A DNA stretch of 64,000 nt from an uncultured Desulfobacterales bacterium (GTDB lineage Bacteria; Desulfobacterota; Desulfobacteria; Desulfobacterales; UBA11574). Location of the stretch: contig CALLDL010000148.1 in assembly GCA_937998305.1 (NCBI GenBank), forward strand, positions 8,839 to 72,838, read 5' to 3'. Of this stretch, positions 11,401 through 20,674 are shown piece after piece. The notes beneath the pieces are model-generated. The model was not told the DNA's origin and did no database searches. It saw only the letters and a program-made list of their open reading frames with translations. Both the position numbers and the translations under genes were made by a program. Every line of letters begins with the position of its first letter. The stretch's first letter is position 1.

Positions 11401-12407
11401 TCGATGTTTAGATTTTTTTCTTTTAGACGGCAATTCAAATGAATCTGGCCGATCCTGTTTCCGGCAACCTTTCCTCCTTCGTAGTCGAGCATTAAATCGA
11501 TATTGGGATTGTCTAACGCCCCCTTTAGGGTCGAGTTTACCTGGACTGCTCCTGAAAAATCGGATCCAAGCGTCATTAAATCTTTGATTTTGGAAAGAGA
11601 GGCCCGGCTTTTTAAACTAAGATCCAAAATGGGTTTGTCTGTAAAAAGATTTTCGATAGTTCCGGTGATGCTGGCATTAAGACCATCCATGTTCACGTCA
11701 AGGAGCAGTGCATCGATTCGGTCTTTTTGAACATCTGCTTTTAAAGATAATTGATCGATGATGGTTCGAACACCTTTGCTTTGAATCTTCCCCCCGGTAA
11801 TCTGACAAACAAGCCGGCCGCTCTGTTTTAATAGATTCCCATCTTTGATCGTGAGGTTCACGTTTTTAAACACCACTTGATCTGTTTGGTTCTCGGCAGT
11901 TTCTTCGGCTCTATTGTACTGAACGAAACCATTCATGACTCTTAGCTGACGGATAAGAATATTAAACGGAAGACCGCCATTTTTACCAGATTCTGATGGT
12001 TTACCCCCTGGAGTGTAAAGTGCCTGAATCAGATTGAGATTTCCAGAACGATCTTTAACCAAAGATACATTTGGATTTTCCAGAAACAGGTCATGAATGG
12101 TCAATTCCCCTTTTAAAAACCCGGTCCAGGATATGCGAATTGAAAATCGCTCCAATTCAATCAATTTATCATTTTCAAGTCCCATTAACAGCACATGGTT
12201 CAATTCCGCTTTTCCGCCTAAAACGGAAAATCTGTTTTGGCTCCATGTTAATGTGCCGGGAATCGCCTGGTTCACTTTTGCCTGAATTCGCTGCCGAACC
12301 TGTTCTGTATTCAGGTAAAACTGAATCCCGAAAACCGTGAGCAACACAAGGGCAATTACCGAACCGATGCCGATTGAGACCCATTTAAAGTATTTCATAA
12401 TGATCAT
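8487..12407 (-). CDS. tamB: translocation and assembly module protein TamB (DUF490 / AsmA-like superfamily)
   Basis: 1306 aa. Single N-terminal TM helix, a very long beta-rich body, and a DUF490-like C-terminus ...GGGIQFRLEFR. Lies directly downstream of bamA. Confidence 0.85.
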   Translation of the reverse strand: MIIMKYFKWVSIGIGSVIALVLLTVFGIQFYLNTEQVRQRIQAKVNQAIPGTLTWSQNRFSVLGGKAELNHVLLMGLENDKLIELERFSIRISWTGFLKGELTIHDLFLENPNVSLVKDRSGNLNLIQALYTPGGKPSESGKNGGLPFNILIRQLRVMNGFVQYNRAEETAENQTDQVVFKNVNLTIKDGNLLKQSGRLVCQITGGKIQSKGVRTIIDQLSLKADVQKDRIDALLLDVNMDGLNASITGTIENLFTDKPILDLSLKSRASLSKIKDLMTLGSDFSGAVQVNSTLKGALDNPNIDLMLDYEGGKVAGNRIGQIHLNCRLKEKNLNIDDVDLYTPLGKFNIKGDVDFKKAFAEGLLTSDPDLNAIFYKFSIHQKDSQLADLPPGISGFKGVASAEIELEGKGVYPNTLWVKTALEIYIKKLSAEEGRSPLNVHVSAQADMKKGRVTIGNLTAGAGESRLEMNGDYYVSSHQVAAHFKLKTPDLTEVMTSLGINGVLGSMNMSGEVSGTVKEPSMDARLKGENLGFENIRFGKAEGNIRFSNGRFSLEHGKILNGNSGLDISGSARIFDPGDYKLVENPVFDVALKGDTLFLEDFVQGMKGKFVLNGRVNGSTDHPKGQIDLSGKNIDLNIQKLNEIKLASTIDGRQIHIDPLSLVIVSGEKIVLNGWVSMDKHYELNIASSDISIKNIQKLTSLKMDRGKISFDLAGKGEFSNPQFKGKAVLDDLTFNNKKLEKIPFNIGVENQTAYISGGQNFTLDATYGLQSRSFSTSARFDHTDLTPYLQLVGKKELNGAITGSVDAKGNLGTPIQIEGTTRISQLAIFWKDIPLIKGDDLMIFVNNDEMSIPGMRLSLVDQGYFTIKGSGKLNKDLKLEADGNIPFKILPMLTKAFSDATGETRFSLKMNGNLSTPNLIINADIKDGGMTIPGLFQKLHNINGGVRITSNAIVLDSIKGMLDTGKFEFNGAIDLDRYQPSKIGLKLKVDNLPISIPDLLDVRLNSELDIRGSPEKSLIIGDVELLEGTYYKDVRLNIIESIGQESREEPLVTSKISWSIFNNMALECRIRSRDPFVVDNNITLLSIKPDLKIHGTVNQPLISGRAEVESGTVYFQRNEFNVIKGVVDFINPYKIEPTIDIQSDVKIRKWTVFLKISGTPDTLRFDMTSDPSEREEDILSLLISGKTTQELIARVGGSSLSPEQMLADVLAESVQKEIKDATGLDVVALEYNEAEDADESDEVKVTVGKELSRRVTVKYGMQTKNAKVIQKVITEYKFLEKLLMNTFQDTEGNYGGGIQFRLEFR

Positions 12408-12660
12408 TCACCTATGACTCATTTAAGGGAAACAGCGTATAATGTATACATCTTTTCGCAGATAGATCCAAGTTTCAAATCTGTTTCATCTGTTTTAACC
12501 GTATTGGTTAAGTAAGGAGTACCAAAAAAAATCAGGTCAAGGAAAAAAAGAATAATGCCCTGTAATTTAACGTAGGCAAGCTTTTTTATTGACTTTGTAC
12601 GATGGAATTGTTGAATTTTATAATATTTTAACAGAAAAATGGTGAGCTTCATAAACATAT

Positions 12661-12874
12661 GTACGTGTTCACGGGGTTTGCTTCCCCGTATAACGATATT
12701 GGCGGAGTGACCTCGTCATTTCAATGACTTAGCAGTGGGGGAGACCGCGGCTCCCGCATGTTTTTCGCGGGAGAACGCGGAGGGGGCAGGAATGCCACCG
12801 ATGCTAAGTCATTGAAATGACCGGACACGTAGACACCGGAGTGAAGCGGGGGAGCAAACCCCGAGAACACGTAC
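12661..12874. mobile_element. nested-palindrome MITE-like element, family D, full copy
   Basis: 28-bp terminal inverted repeat gtacgtgttcacggggtttgcttccccg / cgggggagcaaaccccgagaacacgtac (2 mismatches). Perfect 18-bp inner stem at 12716-12733 / 12803-12820. Innermost hairpin ctcccgc-N9-gcgggag. Copies at 36488 and 44160. Confidence 0.75.
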
Positions 12875-13024
12875 AAGCATGTTCCGTATTGGTAAAATGA
12901 TTTTTTCATGTTATGCTCATGAATATGAAAGGCATAATAAATTGGCCACATGGAATTGGCATGAATACAATTTGGATTTTTCCAACCGAAAAGTCCGGTT
13001 TTCCCCGGAAAATACCATTGAAAG

Positions 13025-13576
13025 GTGGAACTCATGAGAACTTCTATGAAAATTGTTTTTATTTTAATGTTTGGTTTTACGCTAACTATAACAACAGGGT
13101 GTGCGCCGACACTGATTTCCATCAGCACCCCTGAAATTCAAACTGTCGCAAATTCTCATTATACCGCCCAATTTGAACCTTTGGCAGAAAATAAAAATTA
13201 TTTCGACAGTTTTCGACTCAAGGTGGTAAACAAGACTCGTCAAGATCTGGAAATCGATTGGAATAAAACCCGATACCTTTATAACGGAAGGGATATAGGG
13301 GTTTTTGTATTTGAGGGAATCAAACCTGAAAACATTAAAAGTTTAACCATATCCCCGGATATCGTTCCTGAGGGGCAATCATTTACAAAAGACATCTCAC
13401 CATTTAAACTCTTGGCTCGAGAACCCCTCACCAACAAGGGTAAGAATGCCGGTAAAATTACCTTCGGCCCAATTCCAAAAGGTGAAAATGGTATTTTCTT
13501 GTTTATCAGACAAAATGGCAACACGATCAAAGAAAAAATGACCGTCAAAATAACGGAAAAGGAAGTCCAAAAGTAA
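13025..13576 (+). CDS. hypothetical lipoprotein
   Basis: 183 aa. Lipobox LTITTGC after a hydrophobic leader. The real start is probably the internal ATG near 13046 (MKIVFILMF...). I recognise no family. Confidence 0.5.
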   Translation: MELMRTSMKIVFILMFGFTLTITTGCAPTLISISTPEIQTVANSHYTAQFEPLAENKNYFDSFRLKVVNKTRQDLEIDWNKTRYLYNGRDIGVFVFEGIKPENIKSLTISPDIVPEGQSFTKDISPFKLLAREPLTNKGKNAGKITFGPIPKGENGIFLFIRQNGNTIKEKMTVKITEKEVQK

Positions 13577-13907
13577 AGATCCAGATTCATTGAAGATCCT
13601 GCCATGCGTAGAAGAACCCGACTTTGGTTTAGTTCTGAGAAAGTTGTTTTATCATGAAATGACAATGACATTGATAAATAAATGCATGGAGAAAAAAGGA
13701 TGGCAACGATAAATAGATACCTTTGAAATATGCAAAATTTTGTTCGAGTTCAAGTCGAAGGTTCAGGGCTTTGAGTCCCGTTGTTAACCGGATGTAACAC
13801 CTGACACAGAAATCGGACAAAAAGGGACATTTTACAAGGATCTAAAATAATGATGACAGACATCTTGTATTTATTACGTTACCGCCATCCATAAGCGACG
13901 TTTATCA

Positions 13908-16900
13908 ATGACCCGATTCAAAAAAATATCTCTCTGGATAACCGCCTGTTTTATCTTCTTTGTTGCACTTATTTTCATCTTGGCTTTATCTTCAGATAAA
14001 CTCATCAATCAAAAACAGATTTTAGATAAAATCCAGGCCGGTGTTTCTGAAGCGATCAACGGCCAAGTAGCCTTTCAACGCATTCATGTTTCTTTTTTTC
14101 CGCGACCTCAACTTGTTGTTCAACAGTGCCGTTTTTCAATTCCCGAAACAATCAAAGGAACTATCGCATCCCTGTCCATCTCTCCGAAACTATTACCCCT
14201 TATCATGGGAGAGTTTCAAAATTCCAAAATTACGTTAAACACGCCTGACATAGAAGTTTATCTCGACCGAAAGCCGAAATCAAAAGACGAACATCTCAAT
14301 TCTTTCTCTTTGGGAACCGTTGAAGAAAAAGTGGGCGCCATGTTGGCCGTTGTATTAGCAAAAACACCAGGGCTGCGTGTCCAGATAAAAAAAGCTCGGT
14401 TGAATATTTTCAAAGAAAAAATGCCGGCTTTTTGGTTCCAAAATATCAACGCCAGTATCAATGTTTTAAAAGACCAAATCAGCCTGGACATGCGTTGCGA
14501 CGCCAGCCTCTGTGAAAATATCTCCCTAAAAGGGACTGTTTATTTGTATAAAGACAAGCTGTCGTTTTCCCTTGCAAATCTCAAATTAAACTATCCCAGA
14601 CTCAATTTGTCCGGCAAATTGGATATCCATCGCGCCTTGCCATCGACGTCGCCAAGAATCAATTTGGAACTGGTGGGAAAAGATGTGGATGTCGGTTCAA
14701 CCCGGAAAGCGGTCCTGGACCTGGTAGGAGAAAATCCCGTCGTTAATGAAATATTTAAAATTATAAAAGGCGGAAAAGTTCCATTCATTCAGTTCACTTC
14801 CCATGGGAAATCAATGGAACAACTGGGAGAATTGGAAAACATCACCATCAAAAGCAAAATAACAAGTGGTGAGATTTTTGCTCCCGAAGTCGATCTGGAT
14901 TTAACGGATGTTGCAGGAGATGTAACGATTTCAAAAGGTATTCTGAAAGGTGAAAACCTTAAAGCACGCATGGGGGCCTCGAAGTGTCTTGAAGGAAGCT
15001 TGGAACTGGGACTTGAAGGCGAAGATGAGCTGTTTCATCTTGACCTAACCCTTGAGGCTGACCTGTCACAACTTCCTCCTATCTTGAAACGTGTGGTTCA
15101 TAATGAGGCCTTCCTTAAAGAGCATTCCCTCGTTGACAACCTAAAAGGAAGGGCAACAGGAAGGCTTGTTTTGGGAGAAAGCATTGCATCGATCAATGTG
15201 TCCGTAGACGTATCTCAATTCAATCTGTCTGCAAATTACCGCCGATTACCACATCCTTTGACAATTAACGGCGGTCAATATTTTTTGAAAGGGAACACAA
15301 CCTCCATAAAAAATGCGAGCGGAAGTATGGGGAACTCGACGTTTACCAAAGTCTCTGCACAAACGAACTGGGATGACATACCTCACCTGAAATTCGCGTC
15401 GGGCAGGGCAAAAATTGATTTTAAAGAGATATATCCGTGGTTGTTGTCTTCTAAAATAATTTCTGAAAAACTCCGGGATCTAAAAAACGTCAAAGGTATT
15501 CTGGCATTATCTTCTATGAGTCTAAACGGCCCGTTTCTCGAACCGGAAAATTATCAGTTTCAAATAGCCGGTGAGGTTCAAAATCTGACATTAGACTCAC
15601 CGCTGTTACCGGGATCTTTAGCAGCTGCTAAAGGAAATTTTAACATAACTTCTGAAAATATTTCAATGACTGATCTTCAAACCCGTATCCATGATACATC
15701 TTTGAAGGTCTCTGGGACCATAAAAGATTATCTGAAAGGGTTAAGCCTTGTTGATATGACATTCCAGGGGGAAATAGGGCCGGATGTAACCCGATGGGCC
15801 CAAGACGCGTTTAACCTATCGCCACTTCTGAGATTAAAGCCACCGATATCGGTTTCAACGGCACATCTTATTTGGAACAATCAACAACAAACGACTTTTT
15901 CAGGAGATCTGTCTGTAAAGAAAGGGCTTAAAATTTCAACAAATTTTTCAGTAATCCCCGAAAAATTGACCATAGAAAAACTGATCATCCAGGATCAAGT
16001 GTCCAACGCATCCATTAAACTGGGTCAAAAAAACCGGATCATGGATGTTTTATTTGCCGGAAATTTACAAAAAGAAACCCTGGATAATATTCTAGAAAAA
16101 AATGCGATCCTCAAAGGACAAATAAAAGGAGATTTTTATGCCCACGTGCTTTTGGATCAACCCTTGAACTCAACTCTTCAGGGTACACTTACAGCAAAAA
16201 ATCTTGTCTTTCCAAGAAAGACCAAACCGTCGTTCGTTGTAAACGACCTTTCTCTGACAACAAAAAAGGACATTGTTCAAGTTAAATCAGCCAGATTGGC
16301 ATTGGCGGACAACTCGTTTGATCTTAAAGGGGATGTGAAGTTGTCGGCTGCTGCACCCAAATTGGATATGGAATTTTTTGCGAATGTTCTAAACCTGGAT
16401 CAACTAAAGCAGGATCTGGGTAAAAACACTATAAAAAGCGACGATCAAACCGCTGAAAAATCATGGATGTATCCGGTTCGGGGCTTGGTAAAAGCAAAAA
16501 TTGAAAATTTAACTTATGATAGTTTAACATGGAAACCCTTTGAGGCCGATATTCGTTTTAGCGACAAGGCCGCAGCAGTTTCCATTACCGATGCCAATGT
16601 ATGCGGTATAACAACTTTAGGAATTTTGAAAATAACACCTCAAGAGTTAACCATCGATTTAAAACCGTCTGCCCAAAATCAAGCGCTAAATCCCAGCGTC
16701 TTATGTTTTTCAGATAGATCCGCAAAAATTGTCGGAGACTTTAACCTTGAAGGAAACATTAAAGCAAGGGGAACCGCCCAAACATTGATGCAGAATATAA
16801 ATGGTGATTTAAAGTTTTATGCCTCAAAAGGCCGTTTCCAAGCCGGCAGGAGTTACAGAATATTGATAAAAATTTTCAGCATTCTTAATGTCACCGAAAT

Positions 16901-17321
16901 ATTCAAAGGAAAACTCTCAAATCCCGAAACCAGTGGATTTGCCTATAATTCCATGCGTGCTAAAGCTGATATCAAAAATGGAAAATTAGTGTTGAATGAA
17001 ATGATCATCGACGGCACCTCCATGAACATCGTGTGCCAGGGGTATATTGATGTGGTCAATAAGCGAATGGATGTGACTGCCCTGGTCGCTCCTTTAAAAA
17101 CCATTGACTTTTTTATTAAAAGAACACCTCTGATAAAAGACATCCTGGGGGAATCGCTAATCTCTATCCCTGTTGGAATAAAAGGCCATCTGGACAATCC
17201 GAGAGTTACGACACTCCCACCTTCCAAAGTGGGATCAGGATTATTGGAAACTGTTAAAAGAACACTCCAGCTTCCAATAAAAATTATTCAACCCATTCCC
17301 CCCCCTGAAGAAAATTATTAG
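13908..17321 (+). CDS. AsmA-family (YhdP-like) envelope biogenesis protein
   Basis: 1137 aa. N-terminal TM anchor plus an AsmA-type N-domain (VAFQRIHVSFFPRPQLVV). Long repetitive body and an AsmA_2-like C-terminus (NGKLVLNEMIIDGTSMNIVCQGYIDV). Confidence 0.8.
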   Translation: MTRFKKISLWITACFIFFVALIFILALSSDKLINQKQILDKIQAGVSEAINGQVAFQRIHVSFFPRPQLVVQQCRFSIPETIKGTIASLSISPKLLPLIMGEFQNSKITLNTPDIEVYLDRKPKSKDEHLNSFSLGTVEEKVGAMLAVVLAKTPGLRVQIKKARLNIFKEKMPAFWFQNINASINVLKDQISLDMRCDASLCENISLKGTVYLYKDKLSFSLANLKLNYPRLNLSGKLDIHRALPSTSPRINLELVGKDVDVGSTRKAVLDLVGENPVVNEIFKIIKGGKVPFIQFTSHGKSMEQLGELENITIKSKITSGEIFAPEVDLDLTDVAGDVTISKGILKGENLKARMGASKCLEGSLELGLEGEDELFHLDLTLEADLSQLPPILKRVVHNEAFLKEHSLVDNLKGRATGRLVLGESIASINVSVDVSQFNLSANYRRLPHPLTINGGQYFLKGNTTSIKNASGSMGNSTFTKVSAQTNWDDIPHLKFASGRAKIDFKEIYPWLLSSKIISEKLRDLKNVKGILALSSMSLNGPFLEPENYQFQIAGEVQNLTLDSPLLPGSLAAAKGNFNITSENISMTDLQTRIHDTSLKVSGTIKDYLKGLSLVDMTFQGEIGPDVTRWAQDAFNLSPLLRLKPPISVSTAHLIWNNQQQTTFSGDLSVKKGLKISTNFSVIPEKLTIEKLIIQDQVSNASIKLGQKNRIMDVLFAGNLQKETLDNILEKNAILKGQIKGDFYAHVLLDQPLNSTLQGTLTAKNLVFPRKTKPSFVVNDLSLTTKKDIVQVKSARLALADNSFDLKGDVKLSAAAPKLDMEFFANVLNLDQLKQDLGKNTIKSDDQTAEKSWMYPVRGLVKAKIENLTYDSLTWKPFEADIRFSDKAAAVSITDANVCGITTLGILKITPQELTIDLKPSAQNQALNPSVLCFSDRSAKIVGDFNLEGNIKARGTAQTLMQNINGDLKFYASKGRFQAGRSYRILIKIFSILNVTEIFKGKLSNPETSGFAYNSMRAKADIKNGKLVLNEMIIDGTSMNIVCQGYIDVVNKRMDVTALVAPLKTIDFFIKRTPLIKDILGESLISIPVGIKGHLDNPRVTTLPPSKVGSGLLETVKRTLQLPIKIIQPIPPPEENY

Positions 17322-17648
17322 CTTTTTATTGAGTTTGTCATGAAAAATAACCATTTAAGCACACACTGGAACTCCGAAATCTTTGAAAGGTAGATGCACT
17401 CGCTGATGCCGGCTCAAGTCCGAATTTAAATTTAGATTGAAAAACTTGATAAACTTTTTTATTGTACATTAACAATTTAGGATCATCTCCCGATTCGTTG
17501 AAGTTAACTATGGTAAAATAAATGGATTATCTCCAATTGAGTAGGTGTGATCCCAAAGGGTACAAGCTTGAATCCTTGGACCCTTTTCTCCAACTAAATT
17601 GGAGAAGAACCATAATAGGCCTGTTTTAGACGAAAGGAGACTTTAAAA

Positions 17649-18326
17649 ATGAAAAGGCGACTCATCGTTATTTTGACCATCATCACCATTACCGCAGCCC
17701 TTGTCACTCCTGTAAACGCGGAAAACCCTGTTAAACAGCAGTTACTTGTAGATCAGGCGAGGATTATTTTTAAAAGTTTCATGATCGATAAAAACATGGC
17801 CTGGTTCCGCGAACACATGCATAAGGCCAAAGGGTTTTTGATCATCCCTGAATTGCTCCAAGGTGCTTGGTTTATCGGTGGCTCCGGAGGACGGGGCGTG
17901 CTGGTTGTTAAGGATAAAACGACAGGAGACTGGAGCCAACCTGCCTTTTATACCATTGGATCGTTGAGTATTGGCATTCAGTTCGGCGGTGAAAAGTCGG
18001 AAATTATCATGATGGTTTTCACCCAAAAAGGACTGAACAGGCTGTATTCATCCTCTTTTAAGTTGGGCGGCGACGCCTCCATCGCTGTAGGGCCTGTGGG
18101 CGGCGGTGCCAAAGCCGATGTCATGGCGGACTTTGTTTCATTCGTACGATCCAAAGGCGCTTTTGCCGGCATGTCCATTGAAGGCGCCATATTGAATGCG
18201 AATTACGATTGGAACGAGGCATATTATGGGAAGAAGGTCAGTCCTCTTGGCATTGTTGAAAAAAAATTGGTCAGCAACCCCGGATCGGCTGAATTGCGGA
18301 AAACGATTCAAAACTCCTTAAATTAA
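17649..18326 (+). CDS. SYLF (Ysc84/DUF500) lipid-binding domain protein, secreted
   Basis: 225 aa. Signal peptide, GGSGGRGVLV and FGGEKSEIIMMVF motifs typical of SYLF. RBS AAGGAGA lies upstream. Confidence 0.8.
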   Translation: MKRRLIVILTIITITAALVTPVNAENPVKQQLLVDQARIIFKSFMIDKNMAWFREHMHKAKGFLIIPELLQGAWFIGGSGGRGVLVVKDKTTGDWSQPAFYTIGSLSIGIQFGGEKSEIIMMVFTQKGLNRLYSSSFKLGGDASIAVGPVGGGAKADVMADFVSFVRSKGAFAGMSIEGAILNANYDWNEAYYGKKVSPLGIVEKKLVSNPGSAELRKTIQNSLN

Positions 18327-18361
18327 CTCCATTTTTTAACGCTGTAACGCAGGAGTACCCT

Positions 18362-18844
18362 ATGGTCAGAACCGAAATATCATTGTTTTTGAAAAACGTT
18401 CCCGGCGAACTCGGGAAACTGGCATCGCTGTTTTCAGATGAACATATCAACATCGATGCCCTCACCATACAGGATGCCTCCAGCTATGTTCAGAATCTCT
18501 TTGAGGCCAGGGGAAAATCACTCAAGCGAATCGCTTCGATTGCCAGCTACAATTCCATGCGAAAGGACTCGGCCCAGTTCGCTCTGATCCGGATGATTGT
18601 TGACCAGACCGACAAGGCCATCGATCTGTTGTCAAAAAACGATTATCTTTTCGATATTATGCCGGTAATGACACTTGAGCTTGAAAACAGACCGGGCTCC
18701 CTTGCCGATATTGCCAATAAGTTCGGGGAGGAAGGTATCAATATCAACTATGTTTACGGCACGGTTTCGTCACCCGATGAAAAATGTCTTTTTGTCTTCT
18801 GCCCGGAAGATATCGACCTGGCAGCCAAAATTTTTAAAGAATAA
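18362..18844 (+). CDS. tandem ACT-domain protein
   Basis: 160 aa. Two ACT-like halves: ISLFLKNVPGELGKLASLFSDEHINIDAL and LELENRPGSLADIANKFGEEGININYV. Confidence 0.75.
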   Translation: MVRTEISLFLKNVPGELGKLASLFSDEHINIDALTIQDASSYVQNLFEARGKSLKRIASIASYNSMRKDSAQFALIRMIVDQTDKAIDLLSKNDYLFDIMPVMTLELENRPGSLADIANKFGEEGININYVYGTVSSPDEKCLFVFCPEDIDLAAKIFKE

Positions 18845-18864
18845 TTTTCGAAAACAGCGTCTTT

Positions 18865-20034
18865 TTAACCGGAACTATGTGAGGGACGGCGTTTGTCCTT
18901 TAATATATGATTGGAAATCACCACCCGCTGTATCTCGGAAGTTCCTTCATATATGGTAAACACCCGGGCATCTCTGTAAAAACGCTCAACCGGGTAGTCT
19001 TTAATAAATCCGTACCCGCCGTGCATCTGAAGCGCTTTTGCCGTAACCCGGTTGACCATCTCGGAAGCAAACAACTTTGCCATGGAAGCCTGTACCGTAT
19101 ACTTTTCTCCCCTGTCCTTCATAGCGGCGGCGGAAAGCATCAACTGTCGAGCCGCCTCAATTTCCGTGGCCATATCCGCAATGATCCATCGCAACCCCTG
19201 GAATTTTGAAATCGACTGCCCGAACTGCTCTCGATTTTTAGCATACTTAACAGCCGCATCGAATGCTGCCTGTGCAACACCCACCGACTGAGCTGCAATA
19301 CCAATACGTCCGCCGTCCAGGGCTTTCATGGCGATTTTGAATCCGTCTCCTTCTTCTCCCAGTATGTTTTCAACGGGAACTATGCAATTGTTAAAGATAA
19401 GATCCGTTGTATCGGAAGCACGAAGCCCCATTTTATCTTCGTCGTTGCCCACGGTAAATCCAGGCGCGCCCTTCTCAACCAAAAACGCACTGATACCATG
19501 GTGACGTTTTGCTTCATCTGTTATGGCGGTTACAATAACCAGGCCGGCATTCCGACCCGATGTAGTAAAACGTTTTGTGCCATTGATAATATATCCATCC
19601 CCTTTTCGAACCGCCGTGGTCGACTGTCTTACCGGATCGGATCCCGCGTGGGGTTCGGTCATGGCAAAAGCGCCGATAATATCTCCTGCTGCAAGGGGTT
19701 TTAAATATCTTTCCTTTTGATCCTCGGTTCCCAACCGGTAAATGCTTTCACACACTATGGAATTGTGGACCGACATAACCACTGCGGTTGAAGCACAGGA
19801 GTAGGCAATCTCTGAAAGGGCCAGGACATAGCTCACAGTGTCGGCTCCTGATCCTTCATATTCAAACGGAACCATCATTCCCATGAGTCCCAATTCTCCC
19901 ATCTTCTTTAGATTTTCAGACGGAAATTCCTTGGTTCGATCGCGTTCCGCAGCGGCAAGGGCCACAACTTTTCTTGAAAACTCCCGGGCCATGGTCTGGA
20001 TCATGATCTGCTCGTCAGTCAGCTTAAAAAACAT
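18865..20034 (-). CDS. acyl-CoA dehydrogenase (short-chain / butyryl-CoA type)
   Basis: ACAD motifs are present (YEGTSEIQR near the C-terminus). ATG 20034 is preceded by AAGGAG, so the ORF-track start at 20052 is probably six codons too long. Confidence 0.9.
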   Translation of the reverse strand: MFFKLTDEQIMIQTMAREFSRKVVALAAAERDRTKEFPSENLKKMGELGLMGMMVPFEYEGSGADTVSYVLALSEIAYSCASTAVVMSVHNSIVCESIYRLGTEDQKERYLKPLAAGDIIGAFAMTEPHAGSDPVRQSTTAVRKGDGYIINGTKRFTTSGRNAGLVIVTAITDEAKRHHGISAFLVEKGAPGFTVGNDEDKMGLRASDTTDLIFNNCIVPVENILGEEGDGFKIAMKALDGGRIGIAAQSVGVAQAAFDAAVKYAKNREQFGQSISKFQGLRWIIADMATEIEAARQLMLSAAAMKDRGEKYTVQASMAKLFASEMVNRVTAKALQMHGGYGFIKDYPVERFYRDARVFTIYEGTSEIQRVVISNHILKDKRRPSHSSG

Positions 20035-20107
20035 GGACGACTCCTTTAACATCTGTATTTCGTGGCTTATAATTTAAAACTCCGGTCCAACCTTATCGTA
20101 TCCCGAC

Positions 20108-20659
20108 TTACGGACCGTAAATAACCACCAACAGCTCTGCTTTTTCTTCTCCGATATTCCTCAACATGTGCCGTATCCCCGAATTAAAGTGCAGCGAATC
20201 TCCAACATCGAGTGTGTTTATATGATCTCCCACAACCACTTCAATCTTTCCGGCCAGGACGTAAACAAATTCTTCACCTTCATGATGGTATCCCACCCCT
20301 TTATGATCCGCCATGGCGTCGATGGAGACCTTGAATGCCTTTAAATGTTTATTCTCAGCACCGGGTGTTAGTGTTGTATACGCATAATTCTCGGTACGCT
20401 TTGTATAGGCTTTAATACGACGTCTTAAGCTCGTTTCCTGTTCTTTCAGGAAAAAGCCCGAGTCTATTTCCATCGCCCTTGCAATCTGCAAAAGGGCGCC
20501 CACCGGCGGAATTTTTTTACCGCTTTCCACAGCTTTAAGATAATCAATGGAAAAGCCGGTTTCATTGGCAACACGATCTAAGGACATCTTCTTTTTTAAT
20601 CGTTCCTTTCTTATCTTCTTCCCTACCGGGACAACAGCCTCGGCTTTCTTTCTGGCCAT
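20108..20659 (-). CDS. XRE-family HTH regulator with C-terminal cupin domain
   Basis: 183 aa. HTH_3 segment (MSLDRVANETGFSIDYLKAVESGKK) plus a cupin_2 segment (GEEFVYVLAGKIEVVV...GDSLHF). RBS AAGGAGG at 20664-20670. Confidence 0.85.
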   Translation of the reverse strand: MARKKAEAVVPVGKKIRKERLKKKMSLDRVANETGFSIDYLKAVESGKKIPPVGALLQIARAMEIDSGFFLKEQETSLRRRIKAYTKRTENYAYTTLTPGAENKHLKAFKVSIDAMADHKGVGYHHEGEEFVYVLAGKIEVVVGDHINTLDVGDSLHFNSGIRHMLRNIGEEKAELLVVIYGP

Positions 20660-20674
20660 ATCGCCTCCTTATTT

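Noticed and set aside
12419-12658. 79-aa minus-strand ORF just upstream of tamB
   Set aside because: It is very AT-rich and low-complexity, with no RBS and no recognisable family. It lies in the likely tamB promoter region.
12721-13128. 135-aa minus-strand ORF
   Set aside because: Its C-terminal part is read through the GC-rich palindrome of element D1 (…PPPRSPAKNMREPRSPPLLSH). It has no RBS and overlaps the start of the plus-strand lipoprotein gene.
13741-13790. tRNA-like fragment (gttcaagtcgaaggttcagggc...)
   Set aside because: No acceptor stem, anticodon arm or canonical T-loop (GGTTCRANTCC) can be built.
17530-17606. Alternative pairings (tctccaatt at 17530, ttctccaa/ttggagaa hairpin at 17586-17606) in the SYLF gene leader, resembling an attenuator
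   Set aside because: There is no U-tract after the hairpin, no leader peptide and no recognisable riboswitch core. The evidence is too weak to call.
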